64,000 nt of DNA from Actinomycetota bacterium (GTDB lineage Bacteria > Actinomycetota > Geothermincolia > Fen-727 > Anoxymicrobiaceae). The position numbers were made by a program, and so were the translations under genes. The DNA lies in contig JAHJCO010000059.1 in the NCBI GenBank assembly GCA_018831265.1, positions 76,708 through 140,707 on the forward strand, in the 5' to 3' direction. Below, in pieces: positions 18,080-27,179 of this stretch (positions are counted from its first letter, which is position 1; every line of letters starts with the position of its first letter). Under the pieces are notes generated by a model, which did no database searches, had not been told where the DNA came from, and saw nothing but the letters and a program-made list of their open reading frames with translations.

Positions 18080-20728
18080 TCAGTCGCTGAAGCCACCGAT
18101 GGTCTCGGTGCCCGCGCCCCTGTCGTTCCAGTACATGGCGCGCTCGACCATTATCTTCTTGCCGGTGGAGGTGCAGTTGACCAGCACCGCCGCCCGCCCG
18201 CTGGCTATCTTGTCCGCCATGTTGTACGTCTTGCGCGAGTTGGCCGGTATTGAGTCGGTGAACGTCTGGTTGCCTGTCCCGGTGGCTGTCAGATAAGTGA
18301 TGGTTATGTTGACCGCGCTCCCGTTGGGGTTCTGCACCAGGGTCCAGGTCTCCCTGCCGTTCGATGTCTCGCCGTCCGGCAGGTAGAACGCCTGGTGGGG
18401 CGACGCCATCCCGATGGAGTCGTGGCACGCCTCGCCGGTGCCCTTGTCCCAGTACATGGCCCTCTCCGCGATGATGGGCTCGGTGCCGTGCACCTTGGTG
18501 GAGAGGTCCACCCCCGGCTTGACGTCGTTCACCCTGATGGTCTTGCGGGAGTTCGCCGGCATCTGGAAGACGTCCTGCGGGTCCGGGCCTTCGGTCGTCA
18601 TGTAGGTCACCGTCACGTCCACCGCGGTGCTGTTGGGGTTCTGGATCAGGACAAAGGTGGTGAAGCCCCACGCCGTGGTGCCCTCGGCCAGGTAGTAGTC
18701 GGTGGCCGGCGAGGTGGTCCCTATGGAGTCGTGCCCCTCGCGGCGCGAGTTGCGGTACATGGCGCGCTCAGGGATCACCGGCACGTCGGACGTCACCTTA
18801 ATCGATGCGTCCTTGGCGCCGATGTGTTCGGCCATGTTGAAGGTCTTACGCGTGCCCCCGTCCACCACCACGTCGAACTCCCGGGGGTCGGCCCCCTCTA
18901 TCATGTAGGTGATGGTGCAGTTGGCATCGGCGCTGTTGGGGTTCTGAATGAGCAGCCAGCACTCGAAGCCCCACTCCGATGAGCCTTCCGCCAGGTACCA
19001 GGTTGTGGCCGGCGCGGTCACCCCCACCGAGTTGTGGGACTCCTCGGCAACGGCTCCACCGTTTGTGCCAGCGCCGGCTCCACCGCCTGTCCACCTCATG
19101 GTGCGGTCAACCGCTATCATCTTTCCCTGGGCGCAGGACACCCTGGTGGAGAAGTCAGTGGCGCCCAGCACATCGGCCGGATTGATGGTGGTCTGGGAGT
19201 TGGCCGGCAGGTTGAAGTCCCCTCCGTCCACCGGGCCACCGGATGTCTGGTAGTCGACCGCGGCGGTGACCGCGGTGCTGTTGGGGTTCTGGATGGTTAT
19301 GTAGGTGGAGAACCCCCAGGCGGTGGTCCCCTCCGCCAGGTACCAGCTGTAGTAGTCGGTGGACATGTGCTGGGCGTACAGGTCGAGGTTGCCCACCCCG
19401 CTGTACTGCACCGGGAAAGCCATTATGGCGCCCCCGTACCCGTCCGGTATCATGTCCATCCAACCTGAGTCGTCCGCCACCCCGAATACCGCCTCCCCGT
19501 TGGTCTTCCAGCGCGCCAGGCCGCTGGAGGTGATGCTCTGCGCGTACCACTGGAGGCCCACCCGGCTGTCGTTCCAGGACACTATGGCCCCGCCGCTTCC
19601 GTCTCCACATATCTCCGGGTCTTCAATGTTCCAGTTCCCGGATACCAGCTGTACCCCTCCTGCCGTCCACTGCGCGCTTCCCGAGGAGTCAATGCGCTGG
19701 GCGTATACGGCCATCTTGGAGGGCAGCAGCCTTCCGTCCTCCCAGCTCACTATGGCCCCGCCGCTTCCGTCCGCCACTATCACCGGGTCGGACCCTGCGT
19801 GCAGCCCTACCCCCTGCGCGGTCCAGGCCGCCGCGCCCGCTGCTGTCACCCTCTGGGCACGAACATTCGAGCTGCCGACCGACCAGGACATGATGGCCCC
19901 GCCCCCCGAGTCCGGGATCATGTGCAGGTCATCGCAGTCGCCCAGGTTGCACATGAGCACGCCGTTGGCAGTCCATTTCATGTTGCCGCTGGAGTCCGCC
20001 TTCTGGCAGTAGACGTGGGTGTCGGCGCCGCTCCTCAGGTCGTCCCAGGAGAACACTGCCCCACCTGAGCCATCCGCCACCACGTTCGCGTAGCGCTGGG
20101 TCCCTGCCGCGGTGCAGACCGCCTTGCCCGCAGCTCCCCACCTGCGGGTGCCGCCGGAGTCGAGGCGCTGGGCGTATATATCGTCGGAAGCCCCGCGGGT
20201 ATCGCCCCAGGCGATTATCGCCCCACCGGAGCCATCAGTGGCTATGTCCCCGTTCAGCTGCTCGTTGGCCAGGTCGTTACTGACCAGGATACCGTTTGCC
20301 GCCCACTGGGCCACTCCGTTAGAGTTTATCCTCTGGGCATAGACGTGCTGGTTGAACAATGGACCGTCCGACCATATTATTACCGCTCCGCCGGAGCCGT
20401 CCGACACGATTGTGGGATACTCCTGCGTGCCTGCCGCGTTGCAGATGGGCACGCCGCTGGCTGCCCACTTCTTCGCCCCGCTCGCGTCTATGCGCTGTGC
20501 GTATATGTCGCTGTCGCCGGTGCGCATGTCGCCCCACACCATTATTGCGCCGCCTTGCCCGTCCGGGATCGTCTCAGGGTCCTCCTGGTCCCCGGCGGCG
20601 GTGCAGACCGCCTTGCCGTTGGTGCCCCAGCGCTGCACCGCGGCCATGGCGGAGGTTGCGGTGAGCAGGCACACCAGTAGTGCGGCCAGCGTCACGAAGA
20701 GAAGTGAACGGACGGTGAAGCGAGACAT
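18080..20728 (-). CDS. Secreted repeat protein: signal peptide, ~9 copies of a ~48-aa repeat (W..NG..VC.AAG.Q..P.IV.DGSGGAIV.W.D.R...DIYAQRI), then 4 'YLAEG' modules
   Basis: Start ATG at 20728 with AGGGGG RBS (track ORF extends to 20785); signal peptide MSRFTVRSLLFVTLAALLVCLLTATSAMA. Confidence 0.8.
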   Translation of the reverse strand: MSRFTVRSLLFVTLAALLVCLLTATSAMAAVQRWGTNGKAVCTAAGDQEDPETIPDGQGGAIMVWGDMRTGDSDIYAQRIDASGAKKWAASGVPICNAAGTQEYPTIVSDGSGGAVIIWSDGPLFNQHVYAQRINSNGVAQWAANGILVSNDLANEQLNGDIATDGSGGAIIAWGDTRGASDDIYAQRLDSGGTRRWGAAGKAVCTAAGTQRYANVVADGSGGAVFSWDDLRSGADTHVYCQKADSSGNMKWTANGVLMCNLGDCDDLHMIPDSGGGAIMSWSVGSSNVRAQRVTAAGAAAWTAQGVGLHAGSDPVIVADGSGGAIVSWEDGRLLPSKMAVYAQRIDSSGSAQWTAGGVQLVSGNWNIEDPEICGDGSGGAIVSWNDSRVGLQWYAQSITSSGLARWKTNGEAVFGVADDSGWMDMIPDGYGGAIMAFPVQYSGVGNLDLYAQHMSTDYYSWYLAEGTTAWGFSTYITIQNPNSTAVTAAVDYQTSGGPVDGGDFNLPANSQTTINPADVLGATDFSTRVSCAQGKMIAVDRTMRWTGGGAGAGTNGGAVAEESHNSVGVTAPATTWYLAEGSSEWGFECWLLIQNPNSADANCTITYMIEGADPREFDVVVDGGTRKTFNMAEHIGAKDASIKVTSDVPVIPERAMYRNSRREGHDSIGTTSPATDYYLAEGTTAWGFTTFVLIQNPNSTAVDVTVTYMTTEGPDPQDVFQMPANSRKTIRVNDVKPGVDLSTKVHGTEPIIAERAMYWDKGTGEACHDSIGMASPHQAFYLPDGETSNGRETWTLVQNPNGSAVNITITYLTATGTGNQTFTDSIPANSRKTYNMADKIASGRAAVLVNCTSTGKKIMVERAMYWNDRGAGTETIGGFSD

Positions 20729-20967
20729 CTTATACCCCCTGTTCGAAGCCTGCAGCCCTGATGGTGAATACATCACAACCGACATCTCCCCGTTTGTCTT
20801 CCTGACACAGCGATTCTACCCCTTTCCCTATCGATCTTCGCATCTTCATCACCAATTCCACCGCCTGCTCCGCCTCAGCCTATCACCTGGGACTTCCGGG
20901 GCGGGCGAGTAGGCATCAAGGTCATTGCACTTCAAATGAATTGAATCTGACCTGACCCCCGGTTGAG

Positions 20968-22224
20968 TCATTCCCAGGCGTCTGGGCGGGAGCGGATCTC
21001 GCCGCCCACGACCTCCTCGATCCCGTGATACAGGCCGGCGATTATCCCCTCGAGGTTCCGCAGGCGCTCGGAGAGCAGGTTGCGCGATACGGCGTTGAAC
21101 GCCTTCATCTCCTCGGCTATCAGCCCCGGTGTGGGTATCGGTGCCCCCCTCGGGCGCATCAGGAAAGAGGCAACCCGCAACGATGACGGCGGAGGCGGGC
21201 TCTCCCACGGTTTCAACGGGGGGATAAACAGGTGCGGGAAAGCGAGGGTCTGCGTTGGCATCGCCTCAGCGACCTCCATGAGCCCCATGAGCTTCTTGAG
21301 GGCGCTCAGCATCGCCCTGGGGTTGGAGGTCATCTTCGATGCCAGGGTATCCGCGAATAGGGTCTCGTTGTGCCCGGGGCCCTGGACGTTCATGTCGGCA
21401 AGCTCGGATTCTTCCGGCAGTGACTTCGGCTGCCCCGTCCAGATCGAGAAGGCCGTCGCGCCCCGGACCCTCTGGTAGTAGGTGAGCTGCTTCCATGGCA
21501 TGTACGGCTGGACGATTATCCCCAGCCAGAGCGGCGCCACAGGGATGACGAACAGTGGGAGCATCGCGACGAACGGGTTGTTGAGCGCTATCGCGACCGC
21601 CACGGGGAGCAGTAAGGCGACGAGCGTGACCAGAACCAGTGTCCTGGGCTTCAGGGCGATCGGTGCCTTCAGGCCGGTGTGCGCCGCGATGTGAGCCACC
21701 TGGTGGGCCATCACCACCTCGACCTCCGGGCCGCTCAGCTTCGCGTCAAGCATCTCCGGCGTGACTCCTACGGCGGGCCTGCCGCCCACCTCGAAGGTCA
21801 GCGCGTTCGCCGTCGGCATCCCGACCGGGACCACGTGCGGTGGCCTCACCCCCGCGGCGATGGCCGCCGCCTCAGCCGCCTCCTGGAACAGGTGTAGCCG
21901 GTGGCGGTCGTAGGTCGGGGTCCCGCGACTCAGTGAGCGGTACTGCTGGACCAGCGGTTTCAGGACGGCGAAGTAGTAAGCGGCGGGGAAGAGGATGGCC
22001 AGTATCCCAACGATGAGGAGTGGCTCGGCCACGACGGCCCAGCCTATGTTACTGTGCCCGTACCTTCCCGTGATCGAGCTGAGCCTGAACGCGTTGAACA
22101 CCTGGTAGCCGATGATGAGGAGTATCGGCACGAGTGGCAGCAGGGCCAGGCCGACGCGCAGCCGCGCCCTGTTCCTGTACTTCCTGAGGCTCTTCTCGAT
22201 CTGCGGCTCGAACTTCACCGGCAC
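20968..22224 (-). CDS. Membrane M48/M56-like peptidase homologue with degenerate HExxH (HQVAH)
   Basis: Several TM helices; 'VVMAHQVAHIAAH' in place of HExxH; downstream 'ETLFADTLAS' third-ligand-like region; paralog of 22254-23399. Confidence 0.5.
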   Translation of the reverse strand: MPVKFEPQIEKSLRKYRNRARLRVGLALLPLVPILLIIGYQVFNAFRLSSITGRYGHSNIGWAVVAEPLLIVGILAILFPAAYYFAVLKPLVQQYRSLSRGTPTYDRHRLHLFQEAAEAAAIAAGVRPPHVVPVGMPTANALTFEVGGRPAVGVTPEMLDAKLSGPEVEVVMAHQVAHIAAHTGLKAPIALKPRTLVLVTLVALLLPVAVAIALNNPFVAMLPLFVIPVAPLWLGIIVQPYMPWKQLTYYQRVRGATAFSIWTGQPKSLPEESELADMNVQGPGHNETLFADTLASKMTSNPRAMLSALKKLMGLMEVAEAMPTQTLAFPHLFIPPLKPWESPPPPSSLRVASFLMRPRGAPIPTPGLIAEEMKAFNAVSRNLLSERLRNLEGIIAGLYHGIEEVVGGEIRSRPDAWE

Positions 22225-22253
22225 CCCCCCGCCACCCCAACGGGCGTACTATT

Positions 22254-23399
22254 CTACAACGCGGTCCCCCCGACCGCCCGCCCGCCCCTCTCGAACGCCA
22301 TCCACCTGCCCTCTTCTATAGCTTCCAGGTTCGCGATGCGCTCGGCGACCAGCCCCTTGCCCCAGGCGGACAGTTCTTCGAGGTTGGTCGTCATGCGGGC
22401 GGCACGGCTCTGCACCGAGGCGTCGCTCCACTTGAGGCCGAGCTCGTCGCGCTGACGGCGCAGGAGATCTTGCGGCGTCTCGCTCCAGCGGTACGGCGGC
22501 ATGAACATGTGATCCAGGCCCATGTCGTTGACCGGCAGAGGGGAGTCCTTCGCGTTGTTGACCAGCGAGTCGAGCTTCTTGACAGCATCCAGCAGCGGAG
22601 CCGGCTCGCCGGTCAGGCGGACCGCGATGGAGTCCGCCAGGATGTCGTCGTGCCCGCGGGCGTTCCTTCGCTTCTTGTTGAAGAAGACCATGAGCAGGAG
22701 GGCCATCCACAGGATGAACCCCACCGCTACCGCGACCAGGGGCCTGCCGCCGCTCCCCGCCATGGGGACCGCGAACAGGGCGAGGGCGGTGTAGAGGGCG
22801 AAAAGCCCGGTGATCAGCGCGTCGGGGGTTATCGGCCCGGGGCGCGCCAGGTAGTCGCCGGCGAGAATACCGCCCAGCTCGTGGGCCATTATCGCCCCGA
22901 CCTGCGCGTACGTCAGGTCCGCCTCGAGGGCGGCGACCGTCACGCCGATCTCCGGCCCGCCATCGGCCTCGAACGCCAGGGCGTTGGGCCGATCACCCCT
23001 GATCACCTTCACCCGAGGCGCGGGTACCCCGGCCTCCTCGCTGACCTGGTCCAGCGTATTGAGAAACCGCCCGAGCTTCGCGATGTCGAAGCCCCCCGCG
23101 CCCACGGTCAGCGCGCCGAATGCGGCTCCGTCACGGATGATGGACGGGACGTAGAAGGTCACCATGCCGACGAGGAAGAGGACCAGCACCACCAGCGCGG
23201 CGATGAGGAGCGCCGTGCGCCCGCCCGTGCCCCGCACCAGCGGGCTGAACGTGGTGTTGCCGGCCGCGTAGGGTACGATGACGAGAACCATCACCAGCAC
23301 GATCATGAGCGACAGGACCGCCAGCATCGCCCGGCGGGCGAGCAGGGCCCTTCGCCGGTATCGCTTTATGGCTTGCTTCACGTCGGGATTGAGGCTCAC
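22254..23399 (-). CDS. Membrane M48/M56-like peptidase homologue with degenerate HExxH (HELGG)
   Basis: 'AIMAHELGGILAGD'; 'GHDDILADSIA'; TM helices; paralog of 20968-22224. Confidence 0.5.
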   Translation of the reverse strand: MSLNPDVKQAIKRYRRRALLARRAMLAVLSLMIVLVMVLVIVPYAAGNTTFSPLVRGTGGRTALLIAALVVLVLFLVGMVTFYVPSIIRDGAAFGALTVGAGGFDIAKLGRFLNTLDQVSEEAGVPAPRVKVIRGDRPNALAFEADGGPEIGVTVAALEADLTYAQVGAIMAHELGGILAGDYLARPGPITPDALITGLFALYTALALFAVPMAGSGGRPLVAVAVGFILWMALLLMVFFNKKRRNARGHDDILADSIAVRLTGEPAPLLDAVKKLDSLVNNAKDSPLPVNDMGLDHMFMPPYRWSETPQDLLRRQRDELGLKWSDASVQSRAARMTTNLEELSAWGKGLVAERIANLEAIEEGRWMAFERGGRAVGGTAL

Positions 23400-23417
23400 G
23401 ATATGAGTCTAACAGTT

Positions 23418-23461
23418 TCGCATCGGGGTCAGACGCCGATGCGAATGGGGTCAGGCTGGGC
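23418..23461. repeat. REP-like hairpin, variant loop (TTCGCATCGG-GGTCAGAC-GCCGATGCGAA) plus GGGGTCAGGC half-site
   Basis: Identical hairpin at 31097-31125. Confidence 0.8.
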
Positions 23462-23573
23462 CTCCATCATGGTGGAGAGCCTCACCAGCGGCAAGGAAGT
23501 CATGTGCGAGAGGGCCATGTACTGGAACTCGAGGGGAGCGGGCACGGACACCATCGGAGGGTATGCGGAATGA
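23444..23573 (+). pseudogene. C-terminal remnant of a 'YLAEG'-module protein
   Basis: Encodes ...SGKEVMCERAMYWNSRGAGTDTIGGYAE*, matching the last ~35 aa of the paralogs (ERAMYWN..GAGTDTIGG); no upstream domain or start. Confidence 0.55.
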
Positions 23574-23745
23574 AAGAAAACCTCAGCACGTCTTGTTGCA
23601 CTCGATCCGGCCATAATGAAAGAAGACCTCAGCACGTCTTGTTGCGCTCTTCGAGTCCGATCGACCTGTTGTCACAGTGCAAGAAGATGTCTGAGGTATT
23701 GTTTCATTCATCGGTGAAAGAAATGGTCTGAGGTTTTCTTTCACT
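23571..23745. repeat. AT-rich palindromic repeat cluster, family 3 (GAAAGAANACCTCAGACCATTTCTTTC and variants)
   Basis: Direct and inverted copies; same family at 30019-30093 and 56091-56207. Confidence 0.7.
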
Positions 23746-24532
23746 ACAGGTGGCTGAGGATCTTACTGAAGAAGTCCTGGGTTCGGGGGTGCTTCGGGTT
23801 GTTGAAGATCTCGGTCGGGTCGCCGTCCTCGACGACCAGTCCCTCGTCCATGAAGATCAGCCGGTCGCCGACCTCACGAGCGAACCCCATCTCGTGGGTG
23901 ACCACGATCATGGTCATCCCCTCGCGGGCCAGGTCCTGCATGGTGTCCAGGACCTCCTTGACCAGCTCGGGGTCGAGCGCGCTCGTCACCTCGTCGAACA
24001 GCATCACGTCAGGCTCCATGGCCAGCGCCCGCGCGATGGCCACGCGCTGCTGCTGGCCCCCGGAGAGATGGGCCGGGAAAGCGTCCGCCTTGTCCCCGAG
24101 CCCGACCTTCCCCAGCAGCTCGACCGCCTTGACGTTCGCCTCCTCCTGCGAGATGCCCCGTACCTTGAGCGGGGCGAGCGTCACGTTCCTGATGGCCGTG
24201 AGGTGCGGGAAGAGGTTGAAGGACTGGAAGACCATACCCACCTTCTCACGGACCTTGTTGATATCCGTGGCCCGGTGGGTCACGTCCACGCCCTCTATGT
24301 AGATGTGCCCTCGCGTGGCGTGCTCGAGCCCGTTTATACAGCGGAGCATGGTGCTCTTGCCGGACCCGCTCGGCCCCACCACGACCACCACCTGCCGGGG
24401 AAGAACCTCCAGGTCGATCCCCTTGAGCGCGTCGAAGTCGCCGAACTTCTTGTGCAGGCCCTCGATCTTTATCATGGGCTCGCCCGGCTTCAACTCCATC
24501 GGCGGCTCGTCGCCGTCGCGGTGGTCGGCCAT
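23744..24532 (-). CDS. Amino-acid ABC transporter ATP-binding protein
   Basis: Walker A 'GPSGSGKST', signature '[15 protein letters not shown]', Walker B '[11 protein letters not shown]'; ATGA overlap with the permease gene. Confidence 0.9.
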   Translation of the reverse strand: MADHRDGDEPPMELKPGEPMIKIEGLHKKFGDFDALKGIDLEVLPRQVVVVVGPSGSGKSTMLRCINGLEHATRGHIYIEGVDVTHRATDINKVREKVGMVFQSFNLFPHLTAIRNVTLAPLKVRGISQEEANVKAVELLGKVGLGDKADAFPAHLSGGQQQRVAIARALAMEPDVMLFDEVTSALDPELVKEVLDTMQDLAREGMTMIVVTHEMGFAREVGDRLIFMDEGLVVEDGDPTEIFNNPKHPRTQDFFSKILSHL

Positions 24533-25575
24533 CAGTCTCCCTTCGCCAGCCTGTTTTCCAGGTAATGCACCCCACGCATGGCGGGGATCGTCACCAGCAG
24601 GAAGAACAGCGCCACGCCCACCAGCGGGGTCACGTTGGCGGCCTGACCCATGCCCTCTTTCCCCATCATGAACGCCTCGCCCATTCCGATGAAGGCGACC
24701 AGAGCGGTGTCCTTGGTGAGCATGATGAACTCGTTGGAAAGGGGCGGGATGACCCGCCGGACCGCCTGTGGCAGCACCACGTACCTCATGGACTGCAGGT
24801 AGGTCATGCCCAGCGACCGTGCGGCCTCCATCTGCCCCTTGTGGATGGACTCGATACCCGCCCTGTATATCTCGGCCTCGTAGGCCGAGTAGCACACCGT
24901 GAGCGCGACCACCCCCGCGGTGAACCGGCTGAAGTTCAACCCCAGGTAGCTGAGCCCGAAGTAGATGATGAAGATCTGGAGGATGAGGGGCAGGCCCCGG
25001 ATCACGTCGATGTAGATCGCGGCGAAGACCCGGAAGGTGCGTAGCCTGGATATCCTCAGCATGGCTATCAGCAGCCCGAATATGAGGATGAAAACCTCCG
25101 AGACCACGGCGAGCTTGAGGGTCGTCAGGAACCCGCGCGCCACCTCCGGCCACCACTCCTTGATGGTCTCCCAGTCGAAGAAGTCCTCGGTGAAAGCGCG
25201 CAGGCGGTCCTGCATGAAGAGCACGAACAGCCCTGCCGCCACCAGTGCCAGCCCGATTATCCCAAGGGTCTGGCCGGCCGTGGCCAGTCCCACGCCGCCC
25301 AGGTCGCTGTGGAGTATCTGCCTCTTTGCGACGCGCGCGAACACGATGGCCAGGATGGAGGCGATCACCGGGAGCCCGGAGAGCCCAACGCTCCCGAGGA
25401 CATTGCCCGCCTCGAGCTCGGTCGAGAAGACGGAGAGGAAGATGGCCACGACACCCGGGACCGAGAGCAGCCCGAGTATCCCACAGACCACGGAAGCCTT
25501 GGCCCAGCCGCTGATGTCGGGGTTCTCGAACTCCGATAGCGGCTCCGCGAACCGCCCGGCCGGCGCTTCTTCCAT
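24532..25575 (-). CDS. Amino-acid ABC transporter permease (polar amino-acid family) with extended N-terminus
   Basis: EAA-like loop, His/Glu/Gln/Arg/opine-family permease pattern; extra N-terminal TM helices. Confidence 0.85.
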   Translation of the reverse strand: MEEAPAGRFAEPLSEFENPDISGWAKASVVCGILGLLSVPGVVAIFLSVFSTELEAGNVLGSVGLSGLPVIASILAIVFARVAKRQILHSDLGGVGLATAGQTLGIIGLALVAAGLFVLFMQDRLRAFTEDFFDWETIKEWWPEVARGFLTTLKLAVVSEVFILIFGLLIAMLRISRLRTFRVFAAIYIDVIRGLPLILQIFIIYFGLSYLGLNFSRFTAGVVALTVCYSAYEAEIYRAGIESIHKGQMEAARSLGMTYLQSMRYVVLPQAVRRVIPPLSNEFIMLTKDTALVAFIGMGEAFMMGKEGMGQAANVTPLVGVALFFLLVTIPAMRGVHYLENRLAKGD

Positions 25576-25659
25576 CTACGGTGTCCTCATCTTAGAAACA
25601 TGGGCCTGCATCCGCACGGACGCAGGCCCACGAACTGCATTCAGACTACTGTTCCGCTA

Positions 25660-26448
25660 TCAGCTGGGCGGCTCCACGCCGAACCACTTCAGGTAGATCT
25701 CCTTGTAGGTGCCGTCGTCTATGACCTCTTTCAGGGCCGCGTTGACCTTGTCGAGCAGCTCGGTGTTGTCCTTGTTGACCCCTATGCCGTACTGCTCGTC
25801 GGTCTTGATCGTGGTCACGACCTTGGTCTTGCCCTCCCTCTTGGTGCAGATGTAGGCGTTGACGGGCAGGTCATTGATGATCGCGTCTATCTTGCCCTGC
25901 TCGAGCGCCTCGAACGCCACCAGGATGGTGTCGAACTTCTGGATCTCTTTGATGCCGACAGTGGGCTGGATCTCCTCGGCCTTGAACTGTCCCGTGGTGT
26001 CTATCTGGACCCCGACCACCTTGTCCTTGAGGTCCGCCTCGGACTTGATGGTCGAGTCGGAGGCGACCGCGATGGACTGGTTGCTGTCGATGTAGGGGTC
26101 CGAGAAATTGATCTCCTGCTTGCGCTCGTCGGTGATGGTCATCGCCGACATGATGATGTCGTACTTCTTGGTCTTCAGCCCCGGGATGATCCCGTCCCAG
26201 GCCGTGGAGATGACCTCGAGCTCGACGCCCATCTTCGCCGCGATCGCCTCGGCCAGCTCGACGTCGAACCCCACCGTCTTGCCGCCTTCCTTGCTCTCGA
26301 ACGGCGGGTACGATGTGTCGCTGCCCATCTGGAGCTTGCCGCTGGTGATCAGGTAGCCGGTGCTGCCGCAGCCTGCCACGAGTGGCACCGCCAGCGCGGC
26401 CACCAGCAACAGGCCGATCACGGCCTTCGCCAAACTGCTCCCCCTCAT
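25660..26448 (-). CDS. Amino-acid ABC transporter substrate-binding lipoprotein (SBP family 3)
   Basis: Lipobox 'LVAGC'; SBP_bac_3 pattern. Confidence 0.9.
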   Translation of the reverse strand: MRGSSLAKAVIGLLLVAALAVPLVAGCGSTGYLITSGKLQMGSDTSYPPFESKEGGKTVGFDVELAEAIAAKMGVELEVISTAWDGIIPGLKTKKYDIIMSAMTITDERKQEINFSDPYIDSNQSIAVASDSTIKSEADLKDKVVGVQIDTTGQFKAEEIQPTVGIKEIQKFDTILVAFEALEQGKIDAIINDLPVNAYICTKREGKTKVVTTIKTDEQYGIGVNKDNTELLDKVNAALKEVIDDGTYKEIYLKWFGVEPPS

Positions 26449-26529
26449 GCTGCCTCCTTCCTCCGCCCCCCGGAAGGGGCTTTCGACCCACGGATGCCGC
26501 CAATACGCAATCTAGAAGATTATATATGC

Positions 26530-26822
26530 GGGGTCAGGCTCAATTCAATTTCAGCGATCAAGCCGCACGACCTGTATGGTGTGAATTGAATTGTGCCTGA
26601 CCCCTAGCCTAGTCAACTTGCGGGCCGCTCGAAGTATTCAATTTCAGCGATCAAGCCGCACGACCTGTATGGTGTGAATTGAATTGTGCCTGACCCCTAG
26701 CCTAGTCAACTTGCGGGCCGCTCGAAGTATTCAATTTCAGCGATCAAGCCGCCCGATCTGTATGGTGTGAATCGAATTGTGCCTGACCCCTAGCTGAGTC
26801 ACTTGTGGCCGCTCAAGGTATT
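26530..26822. repeat. Tandem array (~93-bp unit, ~3 copies) of a MITE-like element with GGGGTCAGGC(T/A)CAATTCAATT inverted arms
   Basis: Units starting ~26581, 26674, 26767 are near-identical, including the internal segment. Confidence 0.85.
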
Positions 26823-27179
26823 GAGGTCCCTGCTCGACACCACGTCGACACCCGTGCCGAGCAGGTCGGCGAGGATGACCTGGCCTTCCTTCACCGGCGC
26901 CTCGACCGCGATAGAGGCCAGTGATTCGACTGCTTCCCGCACCAGGCGCCTGGGGATCGCCTCGGTCGAGCGTACCGGCAGGAGTGGAAGCGTCCCGTTG
27001 CGCACCGTGACGGTCGTTGTGACCACCCGGCGCGGGTCGGTGAACTCGGCCTCGGCGTACTTCTCCCCCAGCCGGCACTCCGCGCCCTTCACTTCGAGCA
27101 CCCGCCCGTCCTCCTCGACGAGCTCGAGCGGACAGCTCAGCGGGCAGTTGATGCAGGTGAACTCGTGGCTACTCCGCAT
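26799..27179 (-). CDS. DUF1667-domain protein (Cys-rich)
   Basis: 'CINCPLSCPLEL...C' N-terminal Cys cluster; operonic with two FAD oxidoreductases, as in anaerobic GlpA-like clusters. Confidence 0.65.
   Translation of the reverse strand: MRSSHEFTCINCPLSCPLELVEEDGRVLEVKGAECRLGEKYAEAEFTDPRRVVTTTVTVRNGTLPLLPVRSTEAIPRRLVREAVESLASIAVEAPVKEGQVILADLLGTGVDVVSSRDLNTLSGHK

Noticed and set aside
20352-20912. Plus-strand ORFs inside 18080-20785 with repeated 'APP..PS' motifs
   Set aside because: They are the antisense reading of the ~48-aa repeats of the secreted protein. Signal peptide and motifs support the minus strand.
25600-26589. 329-aa plus-strand ORF
   Set aside because: It is antisense to the well-supported ABC substrate-binding protein gene, with a low-complexity translation.
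26530-26822. Possible CRISPR array (regular ~93-bp periodicity with conserved palindromic repeats)
   Set aside because: The 'spacers' between palindromic arms are identical in every unit and no cas genes are nearby. It is a tandem duplication of a MITE-like element.
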